A stretch of 63,479 bases of DNA, filler included, from Collodictyon triciliatum (taxonomy: Eukaryota): NCBI GenBank assembly GCA_043381765.1. It is 5 parts of 5 records of this genome, joined end to end, with 100 filler letters (N's around TTAATTAATTAA, not from the genome) between each part and the next. Parts side by side here need not be neighbours in the genome. Positions count along the whole stretch, not along the records: positions 55,497 to 63,479 come from JBHJMP010001759.1; 4 more parts are not named here. The stretch is one strand, 5' to 3'. Shown here one piece after another: positions 59,901 through 63,479 of the stretch. Under the pieces are notes generated by a model that was not told where the DNA came from, made no database searches, and saw nothing but the letters and a program-made list of their open reading frames with translations. Position numbers and translations under genes: made by a program. Position 1 is the first letter of the stretch. Every line of letters begins with the position of its first letter.

Positions 59901-62446
59901 CGTCATCTCTTGCTATCATGGAAATGTATGTATATAATTTCAAATGGATACAACATGTCCATTCCAATGTGTCATTTTTTAAAAAGAATTAAATTCATAT
60001 GCATGGTATTTATAGTGCCAAAAGCTGCTCCCTATGTCTTTTTCTGGTCAATTTATGACAGACCTCGAATTTCATGTAATGGAGTCGTAATCGGTGCATT
60101 CTGAATAATTAAATTTATTTGTTGTTGATGTATATGATTCATTCGGCATTTCCATTATGGAATCCAACGTGTATAAATTAATCGCTCTTGACATTTTAGT
60201 TGTATTTGAAAAGACTGGGTGAATTGGTTTTTTATCGCTCAAAACCAGTTTTACAGTAAGGGTTTATTATATCTCTAAAGATGCCACATATAATCCCGTT
60301 TAAACGAATAGTTTATGTGTTTCCACTTAAGGTGCCCAAGCTCAAAGTGCACCCGAATTATAATTACGTCCAACTTAAGTGACTTTGAATGTGAATGTGG
60401 ATATCATGGATGGTATTCTTCTATTGATAGGATAATAGTTTATTTCTTTTCCATTTTTATATTAAAAATCGTGCATAAGATGGTTTTAAGGCTCTGCCTT
60501 TTATTTATTTTTTTTTAAAAAAAAATACAATAAGAATAAGAATTAAAATACTCCCCTCCCCTTTATGTGCAAACTCTCCATTGTTTTCTTAATTGTTACT
60601 TTTATCATCAATATAGATATGTTGTTTTCTGTAGGATTTTTTTTTTAGAATGAATAAATATACTATACAGCCTATATTGCAAAGTAAGCCCGGGTCACTG
60701 GCCTATGTCTTGTGAGACATTCTCTAAATGGGCTGAAACCACCTTAATTCACCAAGACGCTTTTCGAATATCCTCTCATACAATTATTTCTAGATTATCT
60801 ATAATGGCTATTTAGATATTAAATGAATGACTTCTAGTTGGATGTGAATATCATTTCTTAACCTAATACGACCAACTCGGAGAGAGAAAATGTTCCAGAT
60901 GTACCTTTCGACAAAAGAAAGACAAAGTAATAACCATATATATAGCCATCAGTCTTGAGCACAAATCACACTCACTTTTCTTTATGATCACTTTTCTTTT
61001 GAATAAATTATTTTTTACTCAGTTTAAAATACCTACCTATAACATAGAGTACGAATTGGTCCAAGTGCAGGACATGGTATTTTACTTCCTTTTCTTTTTC
61101 CAAAAAAAATACAATATTTAATGATTCAATCAAAGCTTTTCCTTATATAACCATCCTAAATGTAAAAAAAAAAAAAAAAAAATGGTCGCTGATTGTAGCA
61201 ATTCGTCGTTGTGTTGGGTATGCATGGGCCCAACATCAACTCATCACTCTTGCTCAAGCTTTGAGGTAACTAATTTATATAATCATGATGTTATCAGCTT
61301 TGTTCTTTTGTGTATAGGCATTAGCACAGTTTGACTTTTAAAAGGGCATGCTTTATTATTTTTTAATTCGTGTTTTCCTCTCAATTCTCGAAATGTTAAT
61401 ATCATTCTTGGACAGAGAGAAGTTGCTCGCCTTAAGCTTCTCAAAATTCCTGTTGGACCGGAGATGAAGTAATTCAAGTATCTCAAAAATATATGACTTT
61501 TCATATCATTATAGTGTAATATGTAACATTTGAACTCCCCATGGGAAAAAAAAAAAGGCTGTCTCACCATCAGCTCAGATACTTTGCACATGCGATGAAT
61601 GCCGAAAACACTTCAAAGCTTCTTGAAAAATTTGTTTCATGTTCAACTCAAGATTCTGGTTTGTTTGTCATTTATATACTACATTCCTCTTCCTAATTTC
61701 AAAAAAAGTAAATGTATTATTCAAACCATTTATCGAAATACGTAGCCTTGCAACCCATGATAGATATTGCGCGCCTCGTTCTCCAGGTTTATATATTCCA
61801 TTCAATAAAATCAGGGGGTTTTTTCCGGGTCTCATAGACACTTTCTATTTTGTTTATTATTTTTCTTTAGCTATTAATATCATTTACCATAGTAATAGTA
61901 ATAAACATCAACATCCTACAGGCTCGTGTCAGATTGTCTCATGCCTATGCAGAATGCTACTACTGCACCGACCTAACTCGGCAGCTGAACACGTAAGACT
62001 TTGCCATTTTCTTCCTATAAAAATACTCACTCATTATTATTATTATGTTTTAAGGAACCAAAAAATAATAGACCCCTTCCTGACAACATTTTTAATTTAA
62101 GATTTCTCATGGAAAGGCTGGAGTATCACCTCGAAGCCCTGTCAAAAGCATTGGATGAATTCCCTCAAACGTAAATGATATATAAATTGTCAAAAATATA
62201 TTCCTGTTGATATTTAAAAAAATATTCCTGTTGATATACAGACAAAGTTTAAATGAAATGATGTGTCTATGCGTTCGTTACTAATTAAATATCCTTTTTC
62301 TCTTATTTTGTTAACACTATTACCCAAATAGCATGAGTAACTTCGATGAGCTCGTAAGCAACTTCGAACTAGTCTACAGCAATTTCAATGACGCATTTGA
62401 AACAAGTCATACCAGTGAGTCATCTGCGATACCCGCATCCCAGTGA
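56981..62446 (+). CDS. Ariadne-family RBR (RING1-IBR-RING2-Ariadne) protein with N-terminal UBA-like and low-complexity regions, about 20 introns
   Basis: UBA-like LNIDTDDAQLIYLSFHGNMEKIL; RING1 CGIC..PCGHSACHKCW..CYHGNC; IBR CPSSKC..CECGYHGCLYC..HWPMSC; RING2 CSRC..CRTC..LCWVCMGP; Ariadne ARVRLSHAYAECYY / FLMERLEYHLEALS; 5' exons less certain. Confidence 0.8.
60768..60869 (+). other. AT-AC U12-type (minor spliceosome) intron
   Basis: 5' ATATCCTC, branch TTTCTTAAC (60854-60862), 3' TAC; phase 0; removes in-frame stops between IBR and RING2. Confidence 0.8.
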
Positions 62447-62952
62447 AAAGAATGGGCGGGCCTTCACGAAAAACAGAGCCTCAGTTCAACCTAAAGAAGA
62501 ATGATGTTCCTTGCCCAAATGAAGCTAAACCCCGAGCTGCTGGAAGGAATAAACTATTACAAATGCAAAGTTCTCCCAATTATTCGCTATGCACACCTAT
62601 TACTTATCTATTTTCTCATGGTCTGTCACTTAATATTCATACTTTGGATATGTAATTGGCGAGCTATTTTGCCTTCGTTTGCGTGGTCGATTCATGGCCC
62701 CATATGTTAATGAGTATGAATTGTACAGAGCCTATTGAATTTAGTGACTCTACGGAGTGGCAGTAGTCAACAGCTTCTCATAGTACAAAAAGTAAAATAG
62801 AACTAAGTGTAATGAAAATATCAAGAAAAAGTCGTTCGAATTTGTGAGACTGTGCGCGCTTGAGAATGTCAAAGACATGAATTCTACTAAGTTCAAGTAA
62901 AAGTGGTCAACCAAAATAAAGCGAGAGCGGTCAAGTGAGACGACGTGGATGC

Positions 62953-63000
62953 GAGCAAGCGAGATGAAGCGGATGTGAGCAAGCGAGATGAAGCGGATGT
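62953..63000. repeat. 24-bp perfect tandem duplication upstream of the tRNA
   Basis: GAGCAAGCGAGATGAAGCGGATGT x2. Confidence 0.9.
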
Positions 63001-63039
63001 GTTGATCATATTGTGACTCTAAACTGAAGATGGCAAGAA

Positions 63040-63058
63040 GCTTCCATGGCGCAACCGG

Positions 63059-63095
<37 letters not shown>

Positions 63096-63112
63096 GAGCC
63101 CACCTGGGAGCG
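63040..63112 (+). tRNA. tRNA-Asn (GTT)
   Basis: Acceptor GCTTCCA/TGGGAGC, D-stem GCGC/GCGC, anticodon arm TTCGG-CTGTTAA-CCGAA, T-arm GGTGG-TTCGAGC-CCACC; oligo-T Pol III terminator follows. Confidence 0.97.
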
Positions 63113-63479
63113 AGTTTATTTTTCATCTCTAGGACTTTCATTTTTTGGCGATAGTTGGATGTTTCAGAAGGAATCGCCTCGTGGCACTGTAGAACAAACA
63201 CAACTCTTTGTCCGAAAAAGAGTGAAGCTAAGAGTAACTGGATTACGTTTATATCACCACCACATTCATATTTTCTTCATATGCACCTTTAATTCGCGAG
63301 AATTACACCATACATTTTCATAATTTTTGTTACATTTCATCAGAGGCAAATATTTCTCTTTTGTGTCCGCAGCTATCCCACAGAAATATGATTCGATTAT
63401 ACCAGATGGAGGTGATTGTCGTCGAATGAGCCCGCTGGAAAAGACAGCCTGGGGCTCATCACGGGCGTCATTAATCAGC

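Noticed and set aside
60863-60866. In-frame TAA as stop-codon reassignment
   Set aside because: Explained by the AT-AC intron; TAA, TAG and TGA all terminate conserved genes, and long exons have no internal stops
62289-62323. ATATCCTTT...TGTTAAC...TAC as a second U12 intron
   Set aside because: Only about 35 nt, preceded by an in-frame TAA, and it lies inside a frame-compatible GT-AG intron
63429-63459. ATGAGCCC...GGGCTCAT hairpin as a SECIS element
   Set aside because: The stem is fully Watson-Crick with no GA/GA quartet, and no Sec-type TGA gene is nearby

Overview
Eukaryotic (protist-like), AT-rich, very intron-dense genomic DNA in the standard genetic code (TAA, TAG and TGA all end genes). 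The window is not one locus. It is five unrelated contigs joined by artificial 100-bp N44-TTAATTAATTAA-N44 linkers, and most contig ends fall in microsatellites. Hand-splicing gave these genes: a 5'-partial Kv-like K+ channel, a small coiled-coil gene, a claudin-like tetraspan, LRRC9, a QT-repeat protein, the 3' part of an RNF213-like RZ-finger ligase, a Velvet/CBP60-like Ig-fold protein, TTC21B/IFT139, a signal-peptide/WD40/Cys-rich/multi-TM receptor, CHID1, a large Kelch-CUB-TM-kinase-pseudocyclase-kinase receptor, an Ariadne-type RBR protein, tRNA-Asn and a probable LINE endonuclease relic. IFT139 and LRRC9 point to a flagellated organism. Most notable: an AT-AC (U12-type) intron needed to keep the RBR frame open; an RBR RING2 lacking its catalytic Cys/His; an apparently extracellular, NLR-like WD40 propeller with a variable surface on a nearly intronless multi-pass receptor; an RZ finger with a rewired Zn site; a K+ channel with an almost uncharged S4; and relaxed splice signals (GC donors, poly-A-AG acceptors, microexons). 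All gene models come from reading the sequence by eye and family calls from recalled motifs; no searches were run.
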